Shown: positions 48,252 to 58,828, counted from the stretch's first letter. The stretch is 64,000 bases of DNA from Nitrososphaerota archaeon (GCA_038741355.1 JAVYLC010000001.1:9119-73118), one strand, 5' to 3'. Numbers and translations: made by a program. Notes: generated from the sequence alone by a model not told the origin.

Positions 48252-49658
48252 TTAATCAGTGATTAGTACTTTAAGCACTTCTATCTCTTCTTGGAAGCTC
48301 GTCCTGAGCTTGTCGACCAAGTTGACTCCGTTTATCCGAAGGCGTCCCTTGATAACGATATCAACGTCTCCGTAGACCTCGTCGATGGAGTCCACCTCCT
48401 CCCATGTGGAGAGTTCTAAAATCATTTTTGCGGCATCCGCTTGGGGGTGGAGCTTAAGGAGAATATAGGCCCTCTCCTCTCCGAAGAAACGTCTCACTAA
48501 GTCCTCCTTAATCTCTCGACCTAAAGCCTCGCTCAGATAGCGGGCGAGCTCCTTCGGAGAGCCCTTCCTCCCAGTTGCCACAACTCTCTTGACGATCTCC
48601 TCTACAATCCTCCTAGCATCTACCTCGTTCAAGTCGTGGCCGTTTAGCTTAGCTATCTCGAGAATCAGCTTGTGGCTCATGTATGGGGTCACAGCATATT
48701 TCAGGGTATCCACATCGTATTCGAGCTTCTTTCGAGGCATGTATCCCTCCGGCCTCTTGATGACCATGGACTGGTGTACGCCCGCCCTTATGGTCCTCGC
48801 CTCCTCTGAGAGTGGGTGGCGCCAAGGTATCTGCACACCTGTGAGCCTAGAGAATTCGCGATAAATCCGCGCCAGCTCCTCCCGCCTTACTCCAAGGTCG
48901 TAGCCATAAACATCTTGGAGCGGTGCTACAACCTCGTAGAGGTCCGCTATCCCATTTCTATCCCCAATGCCCAGGATGGTGACATGCGCCTCAGCAGCTC
49001 CGGCAAGGATGGACTCAATAGTGTTAGACGATGCGAGGCCATAGTCGTTGTGAAAGTGAGCTGCAATAGGCAGCTGACTCCTCTCGATACAATACTTTAT
49101 GAATTTCTTGGAATCGCCCGGTGTCATGAGCCCAGCTGTATCAGGCACACTGAGGAGCGTCGCGCCAGCTGACTTCAGCTCGCCGGTAAATCTGAGAAGG
49201 TCGTCGAGAACGTCGAAGTTGCGCTCGGTAAAGAGTCGCGACGCATCCTCATAAGTTACTCTAACATACTTAAGTCCAAGCGGCTTGACGAGCTCAACCG
49301 CCTCCAACATCCTATTCTTGGCATCCTCATGATTCATACCTCCCAGCTTATAGTCTAGGTGTAGCTGGGAGACGGCCAAGTATAAGGCGACGCCGTATAG
49401 GTCGTACCTGCTCATCGCCTCGACATCACTCTTATACGCCCGGCCATGCATCACAACTTGGACGCCGTCATCCCTCAGGAGGTTAACCAACTTGGCGCCA
49501 TCCTCGTGGGATGTTCTGGGGGGGTAGTCGACAGTCACCTCAACCCGTTTCAAACCAGCCTCCACTAGAAGGCCGGCAACCCTGAGCTTCCTCTGGATAG
49601 GTAATACCTTGAAGAGCTCGCCTTCCCTCAGTGTTGAGTCGAGGAGGACGCATTGCAA
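48252..49658 (-). CDS. 2-isopropylmalate / homocitrate / citramalate synthase family enzyme
   Basis: LLDSTLREGE, HFHNDYGLASSN, TILGIGDRNG (HMGL-like barrel); TTG start. Confidence 0.8.
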   Translation of the reverse strand: MQCVLLDSTLREGELFKVLPIQRKLRVAGLLVEAGLKRVEVTVDYPPRTSHEDGAKLVNLLRDDGVQVVMHGRAYKSDVEAMSRYDLYGVALYLAVSQLHLDYKLGGMNHEDAKNRMLEAVELVKPLGLKYVRVTYEDASRLFTERNFDVLDDLLRFTGELKSAGATLLSVPDTAGLMTPGDSKKFIKYCIERSQLPIAAHFHNDYGLASSNTIESILAGAAEAHVTILGIGDRNGIADLYEVVAPLQDVYGYDLGVRREELARIYREFSRLTGVQIPWRHPLSEEARTIRAGVHQSMVIKRPEGYMPRKKLEYDVDTLKYAVTPYMSHKLILEIAKLNGHDLNEVDARRIVEEIVKRVVATGRKGSPKELARYLSEALGREIKEDLVRRFFGEERAYILLKLHPQADAAKMILELSTWEEVDSIDEVYGDVDIVIKGRLRINGVNLVDKLRTSFQEEIEVLKVLITD

Positions 49659-49838
49659 GGTTGAGTTTTACTAGTTAGGCTAGAATTTAAAACTTATTCG
49701 ACAATTGTAGACCGACTATTTACGTCTTAAAGCCCTAGAAACCTGAGAAACACCTCTACTCGACCTCTAACACTAAGAGGGAAGAACAGCCGAGAGGCCA
49801 CCACAAATTTATATCTAAATAGGGAATAACTCCTCCTT

Positions 49839-50096
49839 TTGTGGGCGGTAATGTCCCCTTCTAGACTGCTAGGCTTTCTCATGGTTATTCTCTCGCCGAT
49901 AGGATTCACCTTTTATACACTATGGTTTTTCGGGCTACTGCGGGGGCTCGACCCGGATCTGGTGCTTAGGGCCACTGTCTATCTCTTGGCGGTATCCTTC
50001 TTCTTTGTGGTGGGGATTTTGGGATACCTTGTAGTGACCGCGCCGAGGCCTAGAGTCTCCACCAATAGTGGAAGAGGTGGGTCTGGGCGTGCCTAA
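49839..50096 (+). CDS. small hypothetical membrane protein
   Basis: 85 aa, two TM segments; overlaps the next gene start. Confidence 0.3.
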   Translation: MWAVMSPSRLLGFLMVILSPIGFTFYTLWFFGLLRGLDPDLVLRATVYLLAVSFFFVVGILGYLVVTAPRPRVSTNSGRGGSGRA

Positions 50097-50934
50097 GAGG
50101 TATCCTGCTGTGGCTGGCTACTTCTACGAGTCAGACCCCCAGAGGCTGAGGAGGCAGATTGAGCAGTGCTTTACCTCCAGCCACGGGCCTGGCTCTATCC
50201 CGTCAAAAGGTGGCTCAGGCCCCCCAATGGCCCTCATCTCCCCCCACGCCGGATACACGTACTCCGGGCCGGTCGCGGCCCACGGATTCTCCCAAGCCTC
50301 AAAGGGGCCACTGCCTAAGACGGCAGTCGTGATTGGGCCGAACCATCACGGCGAAGGAACAGAGGTTTCCATCTACCCACCGGGGCAGTGGGTGACACCC
50401 CTAGGTGAAGTGGATATCGACTCGGAGCTTGTGAATCGCATCATCGAGGCTAGCGACTTGATCTCCATGGACGAGTACAGTCATGTCTATGAGCACTCAA
50501 TAGAGGTCCAGCTACCCTTCATCCAATACGTATTTGGGCGTGTGAGGTTTGTGCCCATCTGCATGCTTAACCAGTCAATAGAGGCCGCCCAACATGTAGG
50601 CGAGGTTCTCGCAAAGGTCATAGATAGAGCTGAGGACTGTCTCGTCATAGCCAGCTCCGACTTCACACACTACGAACCACACGAGGAGGCCGTCAGAAGG
50701 GATAGAGCCGTCATAGAGAAGATATTGCAGCTCGACATAGAGGGGTTCTACACGGAGATGAGGGACAAAAGGGCCACTTTATGTGGATACGGCGCAATAG
50801 GGGCCCTGCTATGCTACGCTAAGCTGAAAGGATACACCACGCCGCTGTTACTCAAATACGCCACAAGCGGTGACACAAGCGGCGACAGGTCCTCGGTCGT
50901 AGGTTATGCGTCGATAGCCTTCCTCCGGGGATAG
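50068..50934 (+). CDS. MEMO1-family protein (AmmeMemoRadiSam system protein B)
   Basis: YPAVAGYFY, ISPHAGYTYSG, VIGPNHHG, SSDFTHY motifs. Confidence 0.8.
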   Translation: MEEVGLGVPKRYPAVAGYFYESDPQRLRRQIEQCFTSSHGPGSIPSKGGSGPPMALISPHAGYTYSGPVAAHGFSQASKGPLPKTAVVIGPNHHGEGTEVSIYPPGQWVTPLGEVDIDSELVNRIIEASDLISMDEYSHVYEHSIEVQLPFIQYVFGRVRFVPICMLNQSIEAAQHVGEVLAKVIDRAEDCLVIASSDFTHYEPHEEAVRRDRAVIEKILQLDIEGFYTEMRDKRATLCGYGAIGALLCYAKLKGYTTPLLLKYATSGDTSGDRSSVVGYASIAFLRG

Positions 50935-50943
50935 CCGCCGCGC

Positions 50944-52404
50944 CTACTGGTTGTATTTTCTGTGGAGCTCGTCAGAGTATTCCCAGTACTTAAGAATGAT
51001 TGGACACCACGCCCTCTCAGGACAGTATCCCAGGTGCTTACACTTCTCACCCATGGCATTCTTCAGCCAGGGAGCCGCCTTCTCTACCTCTCTCCAGAGC
51101 TTATAGGCTATCGCCCTCTCTTCCCACTGGGCCGCGCTACAGGTTCTAGTTGCTAGGAATCCCATGGGGCTGAGGAGGTTGTAGAGATTGTAGCTCCTGA
51201 CGACGCGGATCCTCATTGCGTTGGGTAGTGTGTAGAGGGCCGCCACAACCTCGTCCTCCTGCATAAGCGTGGAGTATAGGGTGTATAGTTCTTCGCAGGC
51301 ATCAGTGAATATCTGCAACAGCCTTGGGTTGGACTTAATGGATGGGGGGACGATGAGACCCGCCCCCGGGCTCTTTGACCATCTCTCAGCCGCCTCAACA
51401 AGAGACTCAACAACGGTTGGCACAGTCCTATGCCTTATTGCTTGGTGGTAGGCCGCGAGTGAGAGCGACTCAACAGTCACAGCCCTCACAAGCGGGGAGG
51501 CCTGCTCAGCAGCAAGGCCGTCAAGGCCCGCCCCCTCAACCCCTTTAGGATAATCGAAGGATAGGAGCTCGGCCTCCTCCGTCGGTCTATCTCCGCAAAG
51601 ACGCTGAATCAGCCCATCAGGCTCTCTTAGTGGGTCTGTGACCGAGTAGTATCCCCAACGAGCCTTAAAGCTGAGCCTAGAGTCTAGGAGCAGGGGTGCT
51701 CTGCCCCTAGCCACATCTAGGAACCTATCGACGAAAGTCCTCAGCTCCTTAGTGACTATCCCAATTCCCTCCTCGACCTTCCGGATAAAGTAGATGTGTG
51801 ACTCGAGTGATAGGACCGCGTAAAGCGAGGTGGCTGCTGCGAGGGGTACTAAGTAGCGCGCATCCTCTAAAGGGACCCCCTCCTCGCAGAGAGTTCTATA
51901 AGCATCGAAGCACCTATCCATCACCTCGGAATATCTCGCCTCGAATCTTCCACTCCGCAGCTCAGCCGGTGTTAGAAGCCTCTCCCTAGTCAGGGGAGAC
52001 CTCCTCTGGCTCTCCTGCAGATAACTTCCGAAGACAGGCGCTACGAGCAGCATGGATATTAGGCGGCTGCAGTTAGAGACCTCCCAGAATATGACGGCTG
52101 AAGTGGTCAGCGATGCGTGCCCCCTCCTAGTTGATTCTCTGTGAACTTTGGCCACAATTTTTGAGAGGTCTCTCCCCTTCGAGAGGGCGTCCGAAATCCT
52201 ATCATGGATGCTGACCCCCTGGAACGTGCCTAGGCCCTCGAGTGCGATAACAGCGTCGGGCCCAAGCTCCAGCTCACCCTGCCTGTAAGCAGGGCCGATG
52301 GAGAACAGAACGAAGGATAGCTCGTCGGTATACACCCCTTCTCGCCAAGCCAGAACTATCATAGCCTCCATTAAATCATACTCTTTTAACCAGCCTCTAG
52401 GCAT
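50944..52404 (-). CDS. tandem ThyX-like (flavin-dependent thymidylate synthase fold) protein
   Basis: Half 1: RRGHASL..CSRLIS..SYLQESQRRS..EDARYLVPLA (RHR replaced). Half 2: AYHQAIRHRTVP..LYTLPNAMRIRVV..AAQWEER. Confidence 0.45.
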   Translation of the reverse strand: MPRGWLKEYDLMEAMIVLAWREGVYTDELSFVLFSIGPAYRQGELELGPDAVIALEGLGTFQGVSIHDRISDALSKGRDLSKIVAKVHRESTRRGHASLTTSAVIFWEVSNCSRLISMLLVAPVFGSYLQESQRRSPLTRERLLTPAELRSGRFEARYSEVMDRCFDAYRTLCEEGVPLEDARYLVPLAAATSLYAVLSLESHIYFIRKVEEGIGIVTKELRTFVDRFLDVARGRAPLLLDSRLSFKARWGYYSVTDPLREPDGLIQRLCGDRPTEEAELLSFDYPKGVEGAGLDGLAAEQASPLVRAVTVESLSLAAYHQAIRHRTVPTVVESLVEAAERWSKSPGAGLIVPPSIKSNPRLLQIFTDACEELYTLYSTLMQEDEVVAALYTLPNAMRIRVVRSYNLYNLLSPMGFLATRTCSAAQWEERAIAYKLWREVEKAAPWLKNAMGEKCKHLGYCPERAWCPIILKYWEYSDELHRKYNQ

Positions 52405-52498
52405 CTCTAGGCTGCTACGCAAAATCCTAGGGTTTCATCAGACCATGAGGCTCAGACACGGTTAATATCTGGAAGGCCTCCCTGCATTTGTAGAGGGC

Positions 52499-52933
52499 TT
52501 GGAAGGCGAGGGAGTCGGGCAGAAGAAGCTCTGTAAATCGTCTCGGCACAGGATAATCGCAGGCGTGCTGGGTGGCATAGCAGACTATCTTGGCGTTGAC
52601 CCCAACATAATCAGGCTAATCTTCGTGGTCGTCCTCTTCTTGAACTTCTACGCAGCATTGGCGCTCTATGTCGCAGCCGCTATTCTACTGCCCTCGGAGA
52701 GCGAGAAGGGCGCTGCAAGGATGCCTATAGAGAAGGCTGTGCTGGCGGTGGCGGCTACTATAATGGTCTTCATCGGTCTAAGCTTTGTATCGAGCCTTGC
52801 TGAGGTTCAGAAAATCATGGCGATGCTGGGATTCTTCACACCGATCGTGGGGCTAATACTCCTGATCGCCGGCGTAGCCCTCCTCATCATGGTGCTACGG
52901 GAGCAGAGTAGACCTCGCGCCGCTGCTTCCTAA
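52499..52933 (+). CDS. PspC-domain membrane protein
   Basis: LCKSSRHRIIAGVLGGIADYLGVDPNIIRLIFVV matches the PspC domain; TTG start. Confidence 0.65.
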   Translation: MEGEGVGQKKLCKSSRHRIIAGVLGGIADYLGVDPNIIRLIFVVVLFLNFYAALALYVAAAILLPSESEKGAARMPIEKAVLAVAATIMVFIGLSFVSSLAEVQKIMAMLGFFTPIVGLILLIAGVALLIMVLREQSRPRAAAS

Positions 52934-54041
52934 GCGCGATTCCTGTCAGGGCTACAGGTATCAGCGAGAAGAGGGCTGAGTATTGGAACATAGATGCATA
53001 GGACGTTGCCTCTGCTATGCTCCCCCAGAGGTAGCCGCCGATCACACCACCTGCACTGAAGGTTGCTCCATATAGCCCCATATACGCGCCTCGCATGCGT
53101 TCGGGCACGAGCTCAGAGGCATAGGCTATAGAGACGACGTAGAGGCCGCCGAATGTGAAACTGTTGAGAGACTGTGCGAGTATGACCACGTATCTATCGG
53201 GTGATAGTCCTGAGATAGCCAGCCTCAGGGGGAATGCCAATAGGCAAAGCAGGAGCACGGGTCTTCTACCAACTCTGTCGGAAAGTCTACCGAGATATAC
53301 CATGGCAGGAATTTCTGTCAGCCCCATCAAGGCGAAGGCAGTAGAGACCTCCAGTGGCGAGGCCCCTAGGGTATTAATCATGTGAAGAGAGAGGAAGCTC
53401 ATAATGGCTGAGTTGGCCACGAAGGCTAGGGTCATCGTCAAGAGTAGCACGCCTGGTGCCCCCCTGAGGAGGCTAAGAGGGCTCACATCCCCACTATCCC
53501 GTTTTTTAGGCGCCCTATCTTCTCCCAGCCTGTAAAAAGTCGGGACCGAGAGGCCAATGACGAGTGGAGCCAATAGGAATATGCTCCTCAAACCGAATAG
53601 GCTGACCAAGGCTCCGCCGAGGAAAGTCCCGGGTATCCAGCCGATGCTCCCGCCAATCCTTATAGACCCGAATCCGCTTCCACGCGAGATTCCAGCCCGC
53701 TCCAACGAGTCAATCGAGTAGGCCGTAACTACCGTGTTGGCCGAGCCCAGCCCCACCATGAGGAGAGCGAATAAGAGCACGGTTAGGTAAGGGTTGAGTT
53801 TCACCGCGAGTAGCAGATACGAGATGGCTGTGAGAACGGTTGATGAGAGTAGTATCTTGAGCCTGCCAACCCGGTCTGAGAGTCTCCCGATATAGTATGA
53901 AGAGAAACCTGAAGAGATATTGCTTATCGTGAAGGCAAGTCCTATCTGGCTAGGTGTTAAGCCGCTCTCTTCTAAAACGACGGGGAAATAGGGCGCGGCA
54001 ATACCCATGGCGAAATAAAACATCAGATTCCAAAGCCTCAT
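52887..54041 (-). CDS. MFS transporter
   Basis: 12 TM pattern, GRLSDRVGR repeated in both halves; ATG 54041 preferred. Confidence 0.75.
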   Translation of the reverse strand: MRLWNLMFYFAMGIAAPYFPVVLEESGLTPSQIGLAFTISNISSGFSSYYIGRLSDRVGRLKILLSSTVLTAISYLLLAVKLNPYLTVLLFALLMVGLGSANTVVTAYSIDSLERAGISRGSGFGSIRIGGSIGWIPGTFLGGALVSLFGLRSIFLLAPLVIGLSVPTFYRLGEDRAPKKRDSGDVSPLSLLRGAPGVLLLTMTLAFVANSAIMSFLSLHMINTLGASPLEVSTAFALMGLTEIPAMVYLGRLSDRVGRRPVLLLCLLAFPLRLAISGLSPDRYVVILAQSLNSFTFGGLYVVSIAYASELVPERMRGAYMGLYGATFSAGGVIGGYLWGSIAEATSYASMFQYSALFSLIPVALTGIALRKQRREVYSAPVAP

Positions 54042-54161
54042 GGCCGAGATGGGTGATATACTCAAATCTGCACCAGAAGTGAAACACCCAGTTTTTATAT
54101 CTTGGGAGTCTTTGGAAGGATCTGTCAAAGATTAAAATATGTCTCGCGAAAAGTAGAGCTA

Positions 54162-54689
54162 AGTTTGCGCCCCTCAACCTTCCTACTCATCATCCTTCTA
54201 GCTATTGCAGCATCTTCAACAGCCCTCCGGTTCTACCTAACTCTCACTGTACCGGCCTCCCCAGCCGCGGCTCCCTCCTTTAGGGCTGGGGCTCAGGCTG
54301 AGGGTCTAGCCTTCAGCGCGGAGACTGTTACTACTTGGGTATCCGTGGCTTCTTGGCTAGGTGTTGCCGCGACCCTCGCATACAAGGGGCTTGTGAGACA
54401 CATGTGGTCTAGGAGCATGTTCGACTACTCTGTTTTCAGGCTTATGGTGAAGATGAGGGGTGCGACGACGCGTGTTAAGATGTTGAAGAGTCTTGAGGTC
54501 CCGATGAACAGGTATCAGCTCTCCAAGGCCCTCGGTATAGACTGGAAGACTATTGACAGGAATGTTGAGCTGTTGAAGAGCTACGGCCTAATCCATGAGC
54601 AGCCCGGTGAGGGCGGCGAGAAACTATACGTCTTGAGCCCGCAGGGGCAGCAGCTGCTGGAGCTTTTAGAGAAGCTCTCCGAGCCTTAA
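54162..54689 (+). CDS. membrane-anchored winged-helix (ArsR-like) regulator
   Basis: N-terminal TM segments, C-terminal ..VKMLKSLEVPMNRYQLSKALGIDWKTIDRNVELLKSYGLI.. wHTH; start uncertain. Confidence 0.5.
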   Translation, partial: SLRPSTFLLIILLAIAASSTALRFYLTLTVPASPAAAPSFRAGAQAEGLAFSAETVTTWVSVASWLGVAATLAYKGLVRHMWSRSMFDYSVFRLMVKMRGATTRVKMLKSLEVPMNRYQLSKALGIDWKTIDRNVELLKSYGLIHEQPGEGGEKLYVLSPQGQQLLELLEKLSEP

Positions 54690-54724
54690 AGCCTTATCTC
54701 CCCCTACGTTTGGGTTAACTCGAT

Positions 54725-55858
54725 TTGACCCTAAAAACACGAGCAGCCGTAGTTGAGAGGCAGGGGCTACCCCGACCATATCGATCAACAAAGCCCGTAT
54801 CGGTGAAGGAGCTGGAGCTGATAGGGCCGTTAAAGAATGAGGTTCTGGTGAAGGTGGAGGCTGCTGGGCTCTGCCACTCCGATTTAGCCGTTATTGAGGG
54901 TGTGAGGAGGCCGCCTTTGCCAATTGTGCTTGGGCATGAGTGTGCAGGTAGGGTGGTGGATGTGGGTGAGGGTGTCACATCGCCTAGGAAGGGTGAGAGG
55001 GTTGTCCTATCATTCGCCCAGAGCTGTGGCGAATGCCTCTACTGTCTCTCGGGAAGGCCCACACTCTGCGACGCGGGCAGGGCTGCCAACAATGAGGGTG
55101 TGCTAGTTACAGGTGGGACGAGGTTCAGACTAAATGGGAGAGAGGTTCACCATCACCTCGGTGTATCAGCCTTCTCCGAATACATTGTAGTCCCATCCTC
55201 CTCAGCCATCCCAGTACCCCCTGAGATCCCACCTGAGAGGCTAGCTCTCTTCGGCTGCGCGGTACCCACAGCCTTCGGAGCTGTCATAAACGCGGCGCAG
55301 GTCAAGCCGGGCTCAAGCGTTGCCGTCTTCGGGTGCGGAGGACTAGGCCTCAACATAGTCCAAGCCCTTCGAGTAGCTGGGGCTATGCAGATAATCGCGG
55401 TAGACATATTTGCGGAGAAGCTGGAGAGGGCTGCTAGACTGGGAGCCACGGACGTTGTTGACGCCTCGAGGCAGGACCCTGTGGCCGAGGTCAGGAGATT
55501 GACCGGAGGACGAGGTGCAGAATACTGCTTCGAGGCCACCGGAAACACCCGGGTAATGACTCAGGCCTTTCTAGCCACGCGGAAAGGTGGGACGACCGTG
55601 ATCCTCGGAGTTACATCGCCGGAGGATAGGTTGGAGCTGCCCAGCTGGCTGATAATGGGCGAGGAGAGGAGAATAGTGGGGTCATACATGGGCTCTATCG
55701 TCCCGCGCCGCGACATCCCCATCTTGGTCAGCCTCTTCGCGAGGGGTGTGATAAGGCTGGACGAAGTGGTGACAGGGTATCTAACGCTCGACGAACTGAA
55801 TGAGGGCCTTGATATGCTGGCTGAGGGCGTAGCCGTGAGGCAGATAGTAAAGATGTAA
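54725..55858 (+). CDS. zinc-dependent alcohol dehydrogenase (MDR family)
   Basis: GLCHSDL, GHECAGRVVDVGEGV, structural-Zn CGECLYC, GCGGLG Rossmann. Confidence 0.85.
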   Translation: MTLKTRAAVVERQGLPRPYRSTKPVSVKELELIGPLKNEVLVKVEAAGLCHSDLAVIEGVRRPPLPIVLGHECAGRVVDVGEGVTSPRKGERVVLSFAQSCGECLYCLSGRPTLCDAGRAANNEGVLVTGGTRFRLNGREVHHHLGVSAFSEYIVVPSSSAIPVPPEIPPERLALFGCAVPTAFGAVINAAQVKPGSSVAVFGCGGLGLNIVQALRVAGAMQIIAVDIFAEKLERAARLGATDVVDASRQDPVAEVRRLTGGRGAEYCFEATGNTRVMTQAFLATRKGGTTVILGVTSPEDRLELPSWLIMGEERRIVGSYMGSIVPRRDIPILVSLFARGVIRLDEVVTGYLTLDELNEGLDMLAEGVAVRQIVKM

Positions 55859-55862
55859 GGCG

Positions 55863-56492
55863 CTACTCTAGTGGTATTATGGACTGCCTCGGCATCTTAA
55901 ACCGCTCCATCCTAGCCTCATATTCTCGAATCCTCTCACCATACTCCCTTAGTGTGGCCTCTATCTCGTCCAGCCCCTCAAGCAGCCTCCTCTTCGCATT
56001 GGGCTCGAGCTTGAAGTTGATGTTTTCTCCGCTTGGCAGCTTAATTCTCTCAGTCTCGACGTCTATCTCTAGCGTGAGGCTACCCTTGGCAGCCTCGCTT
56101 CTAAGCCTCTTGACAACATCCTCCTCTAGCCTGACGCAGAGCAGGCCATTCTTCACCGAGTTGCCATAAAAGATGTCGCCGAAGGATGATGCTATCACGC
56201 ATCTTATGCCGAAGTCCATCAGAGCCCAGACCGCATTCTCCCTAGAGGAGCCTATACCGAAGTTCCGCCCAGCAACGAGGATAACAGCGTCTCGGAACTC
56301 TTTCCGGTCTAGGACGAAACCCTCCTTTGGCCTCCCATCCTCATCGAACCTCCACCTGTAGAAGAGGTATTTGCCGAGACCCTTTCTCGAGAGGACCTTG
56401 AGGAATTGGGCTGGGATAATCTGATCGGTGTCGACGTCGTCCATCTCGAGTGGCGCTGCTTTACCGACTATTTTTCTGACAGGCTCCGGCAT
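55863..56492 (-). CDS. leuD: 3-isopropylmalate/homoaconitate dehydratase small subunit
   Basis: DDVDTDQIIPAQFLK, GRNFGIGSSRE. Confidence 0.85.
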   Translation of the reverse strand: MPEPVRKIVGKAAPLEMDDVDTDQIIPAQFLKVLSRKGLGKYLFYRWRFDEDGRPKEGFVLDRKEFRDAVILVAGRNFGIGSSRENAVWALMDFGIRCVIASSFGDIFYGNSVKNGLLCVRLEEDVVKRLRSEAAKGSLTLEIDVETERIKLPSGENINFKLEPNAKRRLLEGLDEIEATLREYGERIREYEARMERFKMPRQSIIPLE

Positions 56493-56496
56493 CTCT

Positions 56497-57978
56497 CTAC
56501 CCACCTCTTAGAGGGCTGATGATATTCTTCTCTATCCATGGCGAGGTCCATTCGAGTTCAAGCTCTTCGAGTCCTGCGAGGCTGTATTTTCTCGGATCGG
56601 CTATCCGTCCCTCGAGAGCCGAGGCCGCTGCTGTCAGTGGGCTGGACAGGTGGACGCGGCTTCCCGGCCCTGCCCTGTTCTCGAAGTTCCTATTACTCGT
56701 CAAGACTCCCCTCTCGCCCGGCCCGAGCCTATCCTCATTCATGGCTATACACATGCTACAGCCGCTATTCTTCCACTCGAACCCTGCCTCGAGGAATATT
56801 TTGTGAAGGCCCATCCGCTCAGCCCTCCTTTTAACAAGCATCGAGCCCGGGACAATCATGGCCCTCACACCAGGGGCAACTTTTCTGCCCTTAACCAGCC
56901 TAGCTACCATTACCAAGTCGGAGAGCCTCGCATTTGTGCAGGAGCCGATGAAGACGGCGTCTATAGGCGTCCCCTCAATCCTCTGGCCAGGCTTCAGTCC
57001 CATGTAGTCGAGCGCCCTCTCAACCGCTCTCCTCTTAGCCGGGTCTCCAAACTCCCGCGGCTCGGGGACCGTCTCACCCACACCTATACACATCGCGGGG
57101 TTAGTCCCCCACGTTATCTGGGGCTCCAGCTTAGACACATCCAGCCTGTAGCTCTTATCGAATCTCGCACCATTATCCGTCTTCAATGTCTCCCAATACC
57201 TCTTGGCCTCTTCCCAGTCCTGACCGGCGGGGGCGTAGGGTGTGCCGTCCAAGTAGCTGTAGACCTTCTCGTCCGGCTCAACTATCGCCGTCCTCGCTCC
57301 CCCCTCAATAGCCATGTTGCAGACCGTCATCCTCTCCTCGACGCCCATCTTCTTGACGGCCTCACCTCTAAACTCGGCTACATGCCCGATCATCCCGCCG
57401 GTCCCCAGCTCCCGAATCACGTAGAGTATAGCATCCTTCGCGGTTGTATGGCTCTTGAAACTCCCCTCCAGCCTAACCTCCATCTTCCTCGGCCTCCTCA
57501 TCCATATCGTCTGGGTCGCGAAGACGTGCTCGCCCTCGCTCGTCCCTATACCGAAGGCAAGAGCCCCAAGGGCTCCGTGGGTGCTGGTGTGGCTGTCTCC
57601 GCAGACCAGCGTTATGCCGGGGACGGTTAAACCCAGCTCAGGGCCCACAACATGCACAATACCCTGCCATGGACTAAAGTAGTCGAAGAGTGTAATGGAG
57701 AATTCTCGCGCATTTCTCGCCAAGGCCCTCATCTGCTCTCGGGAATACTCGTCCCCGACAGGCAAGGCCCTATCAGCTGTCGGAACGTTGTGGTCCATTA
57801 AGGCGAAGGTCAGGTCAGGCCTCCTAACCCTCCTACCGGCCGCCCTAAGGCCCTCGAAGGCGATCGGCGAAGTCACCTCATGCGTCAAATGCCTATCAAC
57901 GTAGAGGAGGTACTCGTCCTCTCCGCGCACAGCTAGGACGTGGTCATCCCAGATCTTCTCTAAAACAGTTTTCGCCAT
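56497..57978 (-). CDS. leuC: 3-isopropylmalate/homoaconitate dehydratase large subunit
   Basis: Aconitase-family motifs VCGDSHT, IGSCTN, GCSMCI. Confidence 0.9.
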   Translation of the reverse strand: MAKTVLEKIWDDHVLAVRGEDEYLLYVDRHLTHEVTSPIAFEGLRAAGRRVRRPDLTFALMDHNVPTADRALPVGDEYSREQMRALARNAREFSITLFDYFSPWQGIVHVVGPELGLTVPGITLVCGDSHTSTHGALGALAFGIGTSEGEHVFATQTIWMRRPRKMEVRLEGSFKSHTTAKDAILYVIRELGTGGMIGHVAEFRGEAVKKMGVEERMTVCNMAIEGGARTAIVEPDEKVYSYLDGTPYAPAGQDWEEAKRYWETLKTDNGARFDKSYRLDVSKLEPQITWGTNPAMCIGVGETVPEPREFGDPAKRRAVERALDYMGLKPGQRIEGTPIDAVFIGSCTNARLSDLVMVARLVKGRKVAPGVRAMIVPGSMLVKRRAERMGLHKIFLEAGFEWKNSGCSMCIAMNEDRLGPGERGVLTSNRNFENRAGPGSRVHLSSPLTAAASALEGRIADPRKYSLAGLEELELEWTSPWIEKNIISPLRGG

Positions 57979-58057
57979 CTCAACCCAGAGCTATCCCAAC
58001 TCATGACTAATAAACTTCTACTCGGTCAATAAACTTGAGAAAAACTTCTTGAGCGGT

Positions 58058-58828
58058 TTATGTCTCCAGTATCTTTTTCAGGTTTTCTAGGCAGCGTCTA
58101 ACCGACTCGAGAGGGGGGTAGGGGTGTGTCTCCTGCTCAACTATCAGCCACTCCGTACCCCCGACCTCGCTGCAGGCTGCCAGTATCTCCCTAAAAGGTA
58201 CGTCCCCCTCGCCTAGGATGACGAATCCACGCCCGTGAGAGTAGTCTTTGAGATGGATTGTCAGGGATCTGATAGGATATCTCTTCAAAGTCTCGACCAA
58301 CATGGTGCTGGGTATTCCAGCGCTTAAGGCGTTGCCCGTGTCAAGCTGCATGAAAACTGCGTGGCTCGCATTGTCGAAGACTATGTGCCATGGATATTCC
58401 CCATTGACCGGTGTGAACTCTTCGCGGTGGTTGTGGTATCCGATCCTGAAGCCTTGAGCCGAGGCTTTATCCGCTATCTCGCTAATCAGCCTAGCCGAGT
58501 TTATCCAGCCCCGCTTGTCGGCCCTCATCTCGGGTGGGAGCCATGGGATGACAATCTTATTGTTACCAAGCTCCATGTTAAATCTTAAAGTCCTCTCGAA
58601 CTCGCCACCGCTCATCCTATGTATCGACTCGTGGGCTCCAGCAATCTCTAGTCCCAAATCCGTGAGCTTGTCCCGAATCTCGCCGGCCGATTTCCCATAG
58701 TATCCCGCGAACTCGACGCCCTCAAACCCCATTCCAGCCACGGCCTCAAGCGTCTTGAAGAAATTTTTCGAACACTCATCCCTCACAGAGTAGAGCTGTA
58801 GGGCGATTCTAGGCTTGCGTGGGGGCAT
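58058..58828 (-). CDS. sugar phosphate isomerase/epimerase (xylose isomerase-like TIM barrel)
   Basis: 256 aa; GFEGVEF, YHNH, LKD motifs of the AP-endonuclease-2/xylose-isomerase-like fold. Confidence 0.7.
   Translation of the reverse strand: MPPRKPRIALQLYSVRDECSKNFFKTLEAVAGMGFEGVEFAGYYGKSAGEIRDKLTDLGLEIAGAHESIHRMSGGEFERTLRFNMELGNNKIVIPWLPPEMRADKRGWINSARLISEIADKASAQGFRIGYHNHREEFTPVNGEYPWHIVFDNASHAVFMQLDTGNALSAGIPSTMLVETLKRYPIRSLTIHLKDYSHGRGFVILGEGDVPFREILAACSEVGGTEWLIVEQETHPYPPLESVRRCLENLKKILET

Noticed and set aside
56650-57630. 326-aa plus-strand ORF (and 56519-56834 ORFs)
   Set aside because: It is antisense to leuC, which has unambiguous aconitase-family motifs, and is Pro/Arg/Leu-rich.
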